The notes beneath the pieces were generated by a model, which worked only from the letters and a program-made list of their open reading frames with translations, searched no databases and was not told the DNA's origin. Positions 45,705 through 56,833 of a stretch of DNA of 64,000 nt are shown here, piece by piece. Positions within the stretch are counted from its first letter, which is position 1, and every line of letters starts with the position of its first letter. Made by a program: the position numbers and the translations under genes. The stretch is from Escherichia phage CMSTMSU: sequence record MH494197.1. One strand, given 5' to 3'.

Positions 45705-46037
45705 TCACGACTGGTAACTCTGTTTCGTTTGATTCGGATTCATTATATCCGTTCTTCGTGAGAACGTCAATAACTTTTTAGAATCGATTGTAAATTTATC
45801 AAGTTCAGTATAACGATAATAACCAATGGTCTGACTGAACTCATACTCACGACGCTGACGGCAACATGTTTGTGTTTCTGACATAATTGCATTGATTAGA
45901 TAATAAGATTCAGTACTATCATTGTTTGGTACATAAATCTTACCATCAAAATGAATCACTTCATGCTTATTCATACAGTGAGTTAATCTCCGATTGAAGA
46001 ATTGAAATAATTTCCTTTTGAAGACCTGTAATTTCAC
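45705..46037 (-). CDS. hypothetical protein
   Basis: 110-aa ORF. Confidence 0.45.
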   Translation of the reverse strand: MKLQVFKRKLFQFFNRRLTHCMNKHEVIHFDGKIYVPNNDSTESYYLINAIMSETQTCCRQRREYEFSQTIGYYRYTELDKFTIDSKKLLTFSRRTDIMNPNQTKQSYQS

Positions 46038-46234
46038 TGTTCAGTGAGGATAAACGTTTGGTCAATGCCATAAACTGTTTAGCGTCTTCTTTGGAACGGT
46101 CGTTACGAACTTTATCGGAACTCCAGTTAGCGTATGATTGCTCATCTTTTTGTTAAGAATGTCCCAGTCCAAACGGACTAGTTTTCGTTCTTTCTTAAGT
46201 TCGCTTAGGCGAGATTTCATTTCTTCTTTAGTCA

Positions 46235-46441
46235 TTACAAGGTTCCTTTCATAAAGTCAGGGATAACGATTACGATAGAAGGATTATACTCCACATATCC
46301 ATTCTTTGTCAATAGACTTTTGATATCAGAAATAACATTATCATGTTGTTCCATATCTTTATCGCAGTGAATTTCCAATTCTTTTAGGAAAGGTTGTTTA
46401 ACTGAAATTGATTGGGTCAGTGTTTGAATACGCTGCATCAT
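46235..46441 (-). CDS. hypothetical protein
   Basis: 68-aa ORF. Confidence 0.4.
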   Translation of the reverse strand: MMQRIQTLTQSISVKQPFLKELEIHCDKDMEQHDNVISDIKSLLTKNGYVEYNPSIVIVIPDFMKGTL

Positions 46442-46649
46442 ATCAATTGGATCAGACTGAACTCATTACCAACATAAAGTGTGCCAGATGCATCCTTTTC
46501 AAGTAAGACTTCTAAAATTTTCATTTTGTACCCTTTAATGTACCAAAATTACGTAGAGTAAATCCGGAACTGGGAAATATACATCACAGTCAATGTCAGG
46601 ATTAATTGTCACTACCTCATTACACATTATATCACGAATCCACTTCCGT

Positions 46650-46997
46650 CTACGATTTTTGCATTAAATCGTTCCATTCTTTTCGTTCAATAACATATGT
46701 GTTAATCAAACACAAGTCATGACCACGTTTCGAAATATAACCAAGTACTACATCATTGTGGACAACACGTATAGTAACTTTTCCAATTCGAGTTCCTCGT
46801 ACTGCATTAGTACTAGTATCGTCGTAAATCAGTTCTATCCTAAGTGAACCATTAGATATAAGAGTTGTGGTATATTTTGAAACCATATTCTCAATTTCTT
46901 GAGTTAAATCGTCTCGGTTAAGGTACTCAAACACCGAATATGTCAACTCATTTGCATCCAAATATTGGACTGTTGGAAGCTGGGCAACCATATCCAA
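46650..46997 (-). CDS. hypothetical protein
   Basis: 115-aa ORF. Confidence 0.5.
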   Translation of the reverse strand: MDMVAQLPTVQYLDANELTYSVFEYLNRDDLTQEIENMVSKYTTTLISNGSLRIELIYDDTSTNAVRGTRIGKVTIRVVHNDVVLGYISKRGHDLCLINTYVIERKEWNDLMQKS

Positions 46998-47061
46998 AGA
47001 TACAGGTTCTATGTATATTTTTCAATATCAGATGTTTTGACGAATAGATACCCTTCTAGCG

Positions 47062-47352
47062 TCATTGAACTAACAATTTCCGCATAATAAGAGTACAGAT
47101 AAAAACATTCGTCTCATTCGAATCAGTTTCTACCCAAACCTCTGGCTGTTTCATCTCATATTGTTGTAGAATTCGTTGTGTAAACCCAATGTAAAATCCA
47201 AGATTAACATCGGATTGAGTTTCAAATGGATTAAACATCAAATATGGATATTTGTCAAGATACTCATTGAACTTACGCTGGGTATCTCTATCACAATCAA
47301 TGATGTACTTTCGGAATTCAGAAATAATTACTTTTTCCAATGACATAATCAA
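47062..47352 (-). CDS. hypothetical protein
   Basis: 96-aa ORF. Confidence 0.5.
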   Translation of the reverse strand: MIMSLEKVIISEFRKYIIDCDRDTQRKFNEYLDKYPYLMFNPFETQSDVNLGFYIGFTQRILQQYEMKQPEVWVETDSNETNVFICTLIMRKLLVQ

Positions 47353-47546
47353 TCCTCACGATGCATATAGTACATAAACATCGCCAACCATATGCAGAAT
47401 CCCACGCAACGAAGAAACAGATCAACTGTTGGGTCTGTACCACCATTAACTTGGTAAACGATTACTGGGATTAAAGAAATAGCAATAGACACTGTACATA
47501 AGATGAATGCAACAAACACCTCAAACATAAACTTAATCGTTTCCAT
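47349..47546 (-). CDS. small membrane protein
   Basis: 65-aa hydrophobic ORF; start overlaps upstream stop. Confidence 0.45.
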   Translation of the reverse strand: METIKFMFEVFVAFILCTVSIAISLIPVIVYQVNGGTDPTVDLFLRCVGFCIWLAMFMYYMHRED

Positions 47547-48117
47547 TATTATCCTTCAATGTGTAGTGTAGTACATCTAAAAAGTTATACATTGATTCAT
47601 TACGCATAACCTTGATTGTTAAATTACCACAACCCAACATACGTTTGAGGCGACGCTTCACAGCAGTTAAATCATGAGAACTATTTGTGTACAGACCATT
47701 AACCTGTCCGAACAGTAGGAACATGAAGAATGTAATCATAATTCATTAGTAAGCGTTGATTATATTTCTTTAATGCTTGCTTGTATTCTGAAATATTTTC
47801 AAAGAATGTACAATAACGGTCATAACGATTCATTTTATTCAAAATTGAAATACGAAAAGCGTTACCACTATTCCAATCATCTTCAGTTGGGTTTGGGTTG
47901 ATATGTGCCATGTTAGCTGTACTATACCCACCACTTGTGAAAACTTCAGAATATCCATTCTCAAAACATACAATGTTGCTTTGTGTCCTCGGAATTCTTT
48001 ACGGTACTTTGACAGAACTTGAATGTGATTACGCTTGGACTTGTACATTTCGTAACCTTCATAATCGCCACTGAATTCACAAATTTTATCAACACCAGCC
48101 ATTTCGTATATCCTCAT
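47533..48117 (-). CDS. hypothetical protein (~195 aa), spread over three frames
   Basis: ORFs 47839..48117, 47699..47911, 47533..47739 overlap serially. Confidence 0.4.
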
Positions 48118-48633
48118 TTGATTAATATAGGAGTATTATACATACTCCATTTTCATGTGTCAAGCTTTATAATACGGAAGACTTTTCACTAAAGATTCTG
48201 ACGTATTATTTTTACCCATGTACTACCGTTGTCATTGGATACATATCCAATACCATTAACAAACTTACGCATAATACCAGTAAAAATATTAGTATACACC
48301 ATTACTCAGTATCCTTTGGTTTAGAATGTAAACCATACTTTTCATCATAACGATCATAGGTAGTGCCATTAGTACTAGTTTTGATGCTTTCGGTGCGATT
48401 GATTGGTTCGATTTTGACACCACGATAACCAATCTCTTCTTTAAATTGTTCCCATGATTCACGTAGACTCATTTTAGTCCCTTTTTGTTATTTCATACAC
48501 TCACGTAGGTCAATCTTTTCAACTGAACCACCGAGTACTAGATAGTGAAAATTAGAATCTTTGTTTGCCATATTCAAAAGATCTGCTTTCTGTTGAAGCG
48601 TAAAGCGTGAAGTACTGTTACGTACTGGCATAG

Positions 48634-48828
48634 TTACTCCTTAAAGTAGATATCACGAATTTGCTTAATCATCTCTAACTCTTGAAGTCCTATCATACCA
48701 AAGTTTTCTTGTACTGTCAACTGTTGGAAGTACATTTCCTCTAAATTATTATAAGGAATATCCACTAATGATAAAGGTACTCGTTCTTCACTGAATGCCA
48801 GATCTTCAACTAAATGTTTTATAATCAT
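48634..48828 (-). CDS. FQxS-motif family protein
   Basis: motif NNLEEMYFQQLTVQENF. Confidence 0.45.
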   Translation of the reverse strand: MIIKHLVEDLAFSEERVPLSLVDIPYNNLEEMYFQQLTVQENFGMIGLQELEMIKQIRDIYFKE

Positions 48829-49207
48829 AACAGTAAATGAATCTTTTGTATATGAAATTTGTAAAACGTTTGGTTAGTAGTGAACATTGTGTTTGATGGA
48901 TGGAAACCCATTTCAACAAATACTGTATCTTTATCATTATGTGTGCAATATGTACATCTTGAATTCGCAAGAACTTTAGATTTTGGGTAATAAAATCACC
49001 CAGCAACTTCTGTCGTTTCCAGTCCTCATATACAACTGGATGCTTAACCTTCTTCAAACGGTGCAGTACTGTCATAGTTTTTCCAGTCCAATGAATCGAA
49101 ATCGATTTGTTCAGGGTTATCAACAGCGACAACTCGTGCATTATGAAGAGTTTCAAAGTAGCCGTTCCACGGTGTTCGTAATGGAACTGTCACATCGCCA
49201 ACTTTAA

Positions 49208-49453
49208 CTAAGAATGAATATTCTGGTGATATTGGGTCAAACCACTCTTTTGTTTAGCATTTTCGACGATGGTTTCGTGTTCTTTTGTATAGCAATTATC
49301 TTGCTTCATATAAAACACCCAATGCTCTTTTAGGCACTGTAAAGCAGCAACTGCTTCCTCTTTAGAAGACCATTGAATATCAATTGTATTAAGAACGTCA
49401 TAACAATTTTCAGTATCACCTGTAGTGTAATGTACTTCAATGCAGTATTTCAT
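49208..49453 (-). CDS. hypothetical protein
   Basis: 81-aa ORF. Confidence 0.45.
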   Translation of the reverse strand: MKYCIEVHYTTGDTENCYDVLNTIDIQWSSKEEAVAALQCLKEHWVFYMKQDNCYTKEHETIVENAKQKSGLTQYHQNIHS

Positions 49454-49487
49454 TATTCAACACCTTTTAGTAATTTACAAATTTCAA

Positions 49488-49907
49488 TCATATGATAATA
49501 ACATGTATTCCAAAATTGCCCAGTAGTACTACCAACATCATGCACAGTACTTTGTTGGAAAACATATTCATCATTGAACAACTTTTAATGTCATCAATGT
49601 AAAATTCTGGTTTTGAATCATTATTGTATTCAATACTCGTTTCACCATCTGGATCAAGTGAAATTGATGATATGTCGTGAATTCCTATCGGATTTGTTGG
49701 ATAAATTCTCAACGTAAGAGGATAGAAGTCTGGATCGGTTTCATATGTATATTCGATTATGTAATTACCATCTCCAGTGATTGAGTTATATTTAAATGTA
49801 GGTTCAAATACATTATGGATATTATAGCCTAGTTTATTCATCTCGTTAAGATGTAATAATATTTTATGTAAAGTCCCTAATACATGAATCAAATTATCAA
49901 TTTTCAT
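49488..49907 (-). CDS. hypothetical protein
   Basis: 139-aa ORF. Confidence 0.5.
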   Translation of the reverse strand: MKIDNLIHVLGTLHKILLHLNEMNKLGYNIHNVFEPTFKYNSITGDGNYIIEYTYETDPDFYPLTLRIYPTNPIGIHDISSISLDPDGETSIEYNNDSKPEFYIDDIKSCSMMNMFSNKVLCMMLVVLLGNFGIHVIII

Positions 49908-50007
49908 TTACGATCCTTTGAAAAGTTCAGTTTAAAAGTTTTACCAAATTCCATTGTAGCTTTACCCAGATTGTTAATATTTTCTTTCAACATTTCTTGC
50001 ATCTTTC

Positions 50008-50205
50008 TCACACTTTCATTCCGGCTTCTTCTTCTTTGCGGAGGATTGGTCGCAATCGTTCCTGAATATCGTTGAAACGTGTATTGAGTTCAACCAATGA
50101 TTCATATGTGAAATCTTTCATGTCGATGATAGTACTTCGTTGAAAGAATTCTTCTTCGGATAAATTACTTAAAATGATTTTATCACTACCAATAGATAAT
50201 GTCAA
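50008..50205 (-). CDS. FQxS-motif family protein
   Basis: motif LSEEEFFQRSTIIDM. Confidence 0.45.
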   Translation of the reverse strand: MTLSIGSDKIILSNLSEEEFFQRSTIIDMKDFTYESLVELNTRFNDIQERLRPILRKEEEAGMKV

Positions 50206-50481
50206 TTCATCATCTTGATTTTTTTAATTACAATACGTACAGGTGATTTTATAGTAATGTGAACATCATGATTATTAAAAGTTTCAGTTTTGTTTGACGT
50301 TCTGAATTGTAGTCTTCCGGTTAGTGCGTGTACTGGCATTGGGTTCTTTTACCAGTAATAACATCTTCCCACGAATCAAGGATATTATTAATAATTTTAA
50401 CATAAGGAACTGTCATATATGCACCTATGAAAAATCCACGCATAGCGTGGATCTGTAATTAATCGAGTATAGTAACTTCAA

Positions 50482-50988
50482 TCAAACGAATTTCGATGAA
50501 TTCGTTTTCAGTTTCCATGATGAACCTAATTTCTTATTAAGTTCAGTTTTAACATCACTTTTAAATTTTCCCATAGTATTAGGAATAATTTGTTTGGTTA
50601 GTTTATCGTAACCACAATAAAACATAGGTTTCTCCCTTCGAGATATTAGCTGAACAAAATCCTTTGGATATGCAGGTATATTATGCATCACTTCATGAAT
50701 GCACTCAGTACTTGAATCTTGTACTTTGTACATTACATTAAGTTTACCTTTGAAAGTGCCAATCATATCAACAATAATACCTTTACCGGATTTAAGTAAA
50801 GTTCCATTCTTTGTATGAGAACAATAGAATACCTCATCACCAATATTAGGATAGTACAAATTAAATTCTAATTCTTCCTTTGATGACTGACGTTGAAATT
50901 TCATTACACGTTCAGTATAGGTGGGGTAGTTCTTCATGTTCAAAAGAATATCTCTCTTAGTAAGTGTGATATAACTGGCATAGTCCAT
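50482..50988 (-). CDS. hypothetical protein (168 aa)
   Basis: intact ORF; start overlaps methyltransferase C-terminus. Confidence 0.55.
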   Translation of the reverse strand: MDYASYITLTKRDILLNMKNYPTYTERVMKFQRQSSKEELEFNLYYPNIGDEVFYCSHTKNGTLLKSGKGIIVDMIGTFKGKLNVMYKVQDSSTECIHEVMHNIPAYPKDFVQLISRREKPMFYCGYDKLTKQIIPNTMGKFKSDVKTELNKKLGSSWKLKTNSSKFV

Positions 50989-51798
50989 CCATTCCCAAGC
51001 ATTTTGTATGCTTGTGTCTTACTAGACACTTTAAAGAAATCTACAGGAATACCCTGTAATTTACAACATTCTACTACACTTAAGTGTCTATAGTCAATAT
51101 TTCTTTTACCATTCTCCAATAGATATTGACGATTAATCGTTGGTCACGAAACACCAACTGTCGTCTTGATTTATTAAAGTACTGGTTACAATCACCACCC
51201 TTAAAATAGTTAGCATCTATACAGTACGAAGCGGTTCTGTCAGTGTACCAACCATCTTCAATGATATCTTGAAGTTTAGGGCATTTGATAATGCAGGTGG
51301 TATAAAAAGCTTATCAGTACTGCACCAGTAGTATCTCTGCCTGAAGTGAGGCGTATAATGCTGGGAATTTATCAGTACTGGTGTGATTCCTAAAATACTA
51401 TTAATGTATTCTTTGAAATCTTCCTTCATTTTAACATTCTCGAACAGAAATTGCAAGTTTGGATTTACACTTTTGATGTGCTCAAAAATATCAACCATAA
51501 CCAAAAATAACTGTCCACGTATATCATTCAAGCCACCTTGCTTACCAGCAACAGACCGAGCTTGACATGGGAATCCTCCCATGAGTAAATCTATCTTATC
51601 CCACTCAATATTCCATTCTTTCCACTTAGTCACATCACCTAACTGGATAATATCAGGAAAATTCTCGGAAGATTCAGCAATTGCGTACTTGTCAATTTCA
51701 GATGAGTAATATTTTTCAACTGGAATACCTGCATCTGCCAATGCCATATATCCAACGCTCATTCCATTAAAAGTGACAGTACTCTGATAGGTTTCATA
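50940..51798 (-). CDS. DNA (cytosine-5)-methyltransferase, frame-disrupted
   Basis: N-terminus MKPIRVLSLL (motif I region), GGFPCQ (motif IV) and ENV (motif VI) in ORF 51217..51762, C-terminus ...ECCKLQGIPVDFF...MLGNGWTMPVI (motifs IX/X) in a third frame. Confidence 0.65.
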
Positions 51799-51849
51799 TA
51801 AAATCCTTTTATATTGTTAAGGTACTATAATACATTATAGCATCTTATT

Positions 51850-52436
51850 TAGAAATCTTCCAGACTTTTTCATCGCACCATCGAGAAGTACAGATGATCG
51901 CAGATGCAAGAATTGAAGCACTGGCTCGACCACCACCAAGTAAGTACTGGCTAATGACACCAATCATATTGAAGACTTTATCATACTCAGCAAGGAGTTC
52001 AAAATCCTTCTTCCAACATTGATATTCTTCTTCAGTAACATTAAACTCATCACCAAGTTCATTTAAAATCTTTTAAGTACTGCACGATGTTCACTCATCT
52101 GATTCCCCATATCGTTCGTCGTAAAAATCATCATCACGGTCCAATGGTTCTTTTGGTTTTCTGCCATATATTTCCTCACATGGTAAATGTATTATCACCA
52201 TCCATATCTTCATCTGTAGCTTCAGCTAAGGTCTTAATCGTTAGCAATTCACGCTTCACGTACAACATGAAGACCTTTTCATAATTACCGAACATCATCT
52301 CAGGTGACATGTAATTCTCCGTTACAATGACGATTGGACGGCCCTGTGACAGCATACGAAACATAGTACGGTATTTGTCAAAGGTGCGAAATTCATCCAT
52401 GTTCATCATGTGGCGTTTACGAACTACTTTAGTCAT
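51850..52436 (-). CDS. hypothetical protein, frame-disrupted
   Basis: ORF 52176..52436 (86 aa) with downstream continuation in another frame. Confidence 0.4.
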
Positions 52437-52450
52437 TTTGATACCTTTAG

Positions 52451-52711
52451 TTAATTGAACTCGATTTCTGGATAATGATTATAGAACATCTCACGTACTG
52501 CGTCAAGCTGTTCTTTAAATTTCTCAATGTCATCAAGAGTTAGTACAGTGTTACTAACTGTACTCAACTGAAAAAGTGCCTCTTCAGTACTGTTTTCTGA
52601 TAAATCAAATGTACATGATGAATCATCTGTTATAATATTATCACATATTTCAAATGTGTCAATATGAACATCATTGAGTAGATCACCACTATAATCATTA
52701 TATATGAACAC
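52451..52711 (-). CDS. FQxS-motif family protein
   Basis: motif STEEALFQLSTVSN. Confidence 0.5.
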   Translation of the reverse strand: MFIYNDYSGDLLNDVHIDTFEICDNIITDDSSCTFDLSENSTEEALFQLSTVSNTVLTLDDIEKFKEQLDAVREMFYNHYPEIEFN

Positions 52712-52907
52712 AAAAATGTATGATGGTTTTTATCTCAGTTTCTGACTCATAGGCTACCAAATCATATGTTACGTAACATTTAAAGTCAGGTGAATCGTAT
52801 TCCATAGATACAATTCCTATATCACGATATTGATTCGCTTCACTGATTAAATCCGGTATAGGTGTAATACTAAGTAAATGGAAAAACTGTCCGGATTTAG
52901 CATTTGA

Positions 52908-53351
52908 TTACCTTCGGTTTTGCTCTGTGATATCAAACATAGATAGAACGAAATCATTTAGCTTTTCAACACAATTGATTATAGTGCTTAAATCAGAATA
53001 ACTAACTGTTAAATTTTTAACAAGAGATTCCTGAAAGTATCCTTCTTCAGTTGAGCAATAACTCACATTTGAGATAGTCTCATAATGTATATCTTTGCTT
53101 GTTTTACATGTTATAATTTCTATTATATCCGATGTTGTGTTATATAATAATATAAATGTTGTTGTTCGTGAATTCTTATTGTAAAATGCGAGTTCAGTGC
53201 TGTCATATGTTTTCTCAATAAGAACATTGTACTCTTCCGAAAACGATGTGGAAATTCTAATTATCTCTTCTGGATCAGGAACATAAGAGCCATCAAATTT
53301 ACAAGACAATGCAATTTCAAAATGATTTTTTATTTCATCAATTTTCATCAT
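52908..53351 (-). CDS. FQxS-motif family protein
   Basis: motif STEEGYFQESLVKNL. Confidence 0.5.
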   Translation of the reverse strand: MMKIDEIKNHFEIALSCKFDGSYVPDPEEIIRISTSFSEEYNVLIEKTYDSTELAFYNKNSRTTTFILLYNTTSDIIEIITCKTSKDIHYETISNVSYCSTEEGYFQESLVKNLTVSYSDLSTIINCVEKLNDFVLSMFDITEQNRR

Positions 53352-53382
53352 AGCTCACCATTTAATTTGCTATTTACATATT

Positions 53383-53742
53383 CTAATGCTTTTTAACAAT
53401 GCCAATTTCGGTAACTCCTATTACATTTTTCTCGATTAACGACAATTGAAATAGTTCATCTTCCTCAATATCAATACTATGGGTTCTTGACCAATAATCG
53501 TTGAAGTCATATGCATATCGTATTGTATTTTCTTTAATATCAAGTACCAATATAACCATACCATCGTGTAGGTATGTCAGTGTTTTTCCGTATATATTAA
53601 AAATTAACCTATCTGGTGTACCCAATGGAAGATGAATTATATTTTGTGTAGTTCCAACAATAACAAAATCATTATCTATATTTTTATTCAAGTCACCTAG
53701 AATGTCATATATAGTAGTCATGTTAATCTTGACCCTCAGCAT
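53383..53742 (-). CDS. FQxS-motif family protein
   Basis: motif IEEDELFQLSLIEKN. Confidence 0.5.
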   Translation of the reverse strand: MLRVKINMTTIYDILGDLNKNIDNDFVIVGTTQNIIHLPLGTPDRLIFNIYGKTLTYLHDGMVILVLDIKENTIRYAYDFNDYWSRTHSIDIEEDELFQLSLIEKNVIGVTEIGIVKKH

Positions 53743-53757
53743 TTCTGATGATTCGCA

Positions 53758-53988
53758 TTACTTCTCTGGATACGTTGTATACTTTTTATAGTACTCAAAT
53801 GTAACTGAACCAAAATCATTAACAGTACTATCCATGAAGAACGATTCTTCGGTGCAATACACACCAGTAATTGAAACATGCTCTTGATGGAATTTAGCAT
53901 CTTTCCAGTAACGGAATTCGAAAATAAATTGACCGTCATGACCGACCCTACAACACTCAGCACGGTCACTGTCTACGCAGCAAATCAC
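53758..53988 (-). CDS. FQxS-motif family protein
   Basis: motif CTEESFFMDSTVNDF. Confidence 0.45.
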   Translation of the reverse strand: MICCVDSDRAECCRVGHDGQFIFEFRYWKDAKFHQEHVSITGVYCTEESFFMDSTVNDFGSVTFEYYKKYTTYPEK

Positions 53989-54138
53989 AATATCCCTTTC
54001 GAGTCATACCAGATATTTCCAATATTTGTTTCAATAACTGCATAATCAATTTTTGTAGAATTGGGAATTACACCTTTTTGCCAGTACTAGACTGGTATTA
54101 TCAATATCCAGTAAACTTACCATATCAACTCCCCACTA

Positions 54139-54534
54139 TTACTGTGTTTTAATTTCTAACAATTCACTATACATCTTCTTCAATTGTACAATATCTTCAT
54201 ATAAAATACCACCCATATCATCAATCAAAGAACGTTGGAATAGTGATTCATCTGACTGTATCGTGTCCAAATCAGAAATTTTCAATACTGTAACTGGGTT
54301 TAGGGTGTTTACAATAAGTTTGTTTGTGTATGGTATGTATGTGATCTTGATATTCATTTCCGAATCAAGGGCATACAACCTCAAAACAGACAAATCACCA
54401 CAAAGTTGGATTTTTGGTTCATCAAACTCATCAGACCACCACATAGTACTAGTCATATAATTGACGTGTTGGTTCAAATGTGATATATCCAAATCGAAAT
54501 AATATTTTAGTTCATTGTGTAAATCTAAACTCAT
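54139..54534 (-). CDS. FQxS-motif family protein
   Basis: motif QSDESLFQRSLIDDM. Confidence 0.5.
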   Translation of the reverse strand: MSLDLHNELKYYFDLDISHLNQHVNYMTSTMWWSDEFDEPKIQLCGDLSVLRLYALDSEMNIKITYIPYTNKLIVNTLNPVTVLKISDLDTIQSDESLFQRSLIDDMGGILYEDIVQLKKMYSELLEIKTQ

Positions 54535-54589
54535 AAATTTATCCTCTATGCATCATTATCTTACAGTGTAGGATAAACCCACGATAATG

Positions 54590-54838
54590 TCAAGATGTGA
54601 ATTGCTTATACCAGTGATACAGTTCTTTCAATTCTTCAGTACTGAATAGAACATCTTCAATCGTTGTTTGTTGGAAGTGGTAATCTTCGTTTAAGTACAT
54701 TGAAATATTTTTATATACTTTTCGATTACATTTCCCAAGAAATGATGTTCTTTTGGATGTATATTCAATAAATGTTAACTTATCTAATTCTACATCCAAT
54801 GACAATTTCATACAGTATTCAGTATCATCTACGTACAT
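54590..54838 (-). CDS. FQxS-motif family protein
   Basis: motif NEDYHFQQTTIEDV. Confidence 0.5.
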   Translation of the reverse strand: MYVDDTEYCMKLSLDVELDKLTFIEYTSKRTSFLGKCNRKVYKNISMYLNEDYHFQQTTIEDVLFSTEELKELYHWYKQFTS

Positions 54839-54993
54839 AAGTTTATTTGAATAACAATCAACTGTGATATATTCTTTATGTGAGAATTGGTATATACCAT
54901 TAAATTTTTACCATTTGTACTTCTGAATTTTTCAAGGTAATAAGAGAGTGGTTTAGATATTGTACTACCAATAGTATTATTCATAGAACCTCA

Positions 54994-55019
54994 AAATTTA
55001 GACAAGAAAAATGCCCCGA
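54994..55019 (-). terminator. rho-independent terminator
   Basis: GC-rich hairpin GCCCCGA-agg-TCGGGGC followed by T-run on minus strand. Confidence 0.6.
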
Positions 55020-55139
55020 AGGTCGGGGCAGTACGAAAAAGATTTTGTACAAAAAGGGAATAATACAATAAAATAATAACGCATCATTATTATGTAAGGG
55101 AGGAAAGTAACATGATAATGTTAACCATTACTGGTATAA

Positions 55140-55687
55140 TTATTTATCATTTAATTCTTTTAATTGAGCTTGTATATCACCAGAAAGTTTACGGATTTTC
55201 TTGAAACAGTAAACACTATCATCAAGTTCAAGTTCTAGGCCGTGTGTGATTGCATAAAGCATTTCAGCAAGTACTAGATCCTGACGCATCCAGTTACCAT
55301 TCTTATAGGTTGTCATTACACAATAAGGACAGTGGCTGTTTCCGGTTTGTTTACCGAACACAGATTGGATTGTATCATGCTTGAAACCCACAAAGATTGG
55401 TTGATCTTGTTGATTTCAGCTACTACGTCCATTTGTGCACCAGTGTTGATTGCAAACACTTGGTCACCGTTCTCGGTTTTGTTAATGTTTAGTTCAATAT
55501 CACTACCAAGTTTACGAACAGCCAATGTATAAAGTAGGATTTCATACATATCATAATTGGTTGTTTCGCCATTTGGTGCAGTTACATCGAGACTAACACC
55601 ATGCATTTTAACTTCAGTACTGAATCCATCTTTATCTGCTAGAAAATCAGTGATTTGTTCAGTTAGGATTTTAATTTGGTCAATCAT
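55140..55687 (-). CDS. hypothetical protein (~180 aa), two frames
   Basis: ORFs 55316..55687 and 55140..55391 overlap with a frame change; contains SHCPYC. Confidence 0.45.
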
Positions 55688-55711
55688 TATTCATATCCTT
55701 ATGTTGGAAAA

Positions 55712-55735
55712 GCCCCCATTACGGAGGCTTTTGTT
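55712..55735 (-). terminator. rho-independent terminator
   Basis: hairpin AAAGCCTCC/GGGGGCTTT with flanking T-run. Confidence 0.45.
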
Positions 55736-55742
55736 AATCTAA

Positions 55743-56170
55743 TTATAGGGAAGCTTCGTATTCAGCTACAATGTCAACCATCTCATTGACAAAGTTGATG
55801 TGGTCATGAGTTACAGTACGGAAATCATAAACCAGTGATTGTTGGAAGAATACGTCTTCAGCCAGATTACCTTCAAAGTTCAGGTCGATGTTTTCTTCAT
55901 CGTTGGTTGGAGCAACTTTGATATTTAGTTGATTTTCATCAACGACCAATTTCACTACACAACCCAATGCAATCGCCAGTACATAGGCAGGTTTCTTAGC
56001 TGCTTCAGAACGGAATGGAGCACGTAGTGCAAATGGTGCTGCTAATCTCATCATTCAGTTCTTTATATTTAACGTTAATCATCAGTTCTTCAATTTTGAC
56101 GCTCTCGATTACACGACCAGTTTCAGCAGCGAAGAAAGAGTGGTTACGGATAGTTTGTTCGATATTCATG
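55743..56170 (-). CDS. FQxS-motif family protein, frame-disrupted N-terminus
   Basis: motif LAEDVFFQQSLVYDF in ORF 55743..56054; N-terminal MNIEQTIRNHSFFAAETG... in adjacent frame. Confidence 0.45.
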
Positions 56171-56362
56171 TGTTATTCCTTATATAGATTGCTAAAGTTA
56201 CGAAGATTACGGTTTGCTTTAAACTGTTTTAAATCACCAAATCTATCATCAACGATAAAAGTGGCAGCCTGTTTTGATTGGCATATTGTACAAATCAACA
56301 TACCCTGTATTGTATACTCGGTTGAACAATTTGTACAGTACTTTTTTCATAAAGTTCAGTAC

Positions 56363-56698
56363 TCATAAAACCTTCACATCAGTACGTTTATCTCTTTCTT
56401 CTTTCTTTACCTCATCGGAGCGGGTATCTTCTAATTGTAACACAACTTCTTTCAGAATGTCAACATCAATCATTGCTTCTTTGTATTGAAAGTCGTTTAC
56501 GCCGAAAATATACTTCAATGCAACCCATACACGTTTGTACCATTTTAAGAAAGGATTCAAACGCATACTCACCAGACATTGACCAAGTTTATCATCTCCA
56601 TGTTCTTGTGTCAAGTCAAATTGTGAAATGTGAACACAATGTTCCGTATTATCGCCACAACTACAACGTACTATAAATTCTTTGCTGTCTTTGCTCAT
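56363..56698 (-). CDS. hypothetical protein
   Basis: 111-aa ORF. Confidence 0.5.
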   Translation of the reverse strand: MSKDSKEFIVRCSCGDNTEHCVHISQFDLTQEHGDDKLGQCLVSMRLNPFLKWYKRVWVALKYIFGVNDFQYKEAMIDVDILKEVVLQLEDTRSDEVKKEERDKRTDVKVL

Positions 56699-56833
56699 AC
56701 TGGATAAGCCTTCATAAATTGTTTTAGAACTCCAAACTTAGAAGCACTGTAATCATACTGATAACTTAGCTCACGTTTATCATTCATTCGATAAACCATA
56801 TGATTGTTTGGATAACCTATTCTAACAGGTTTG

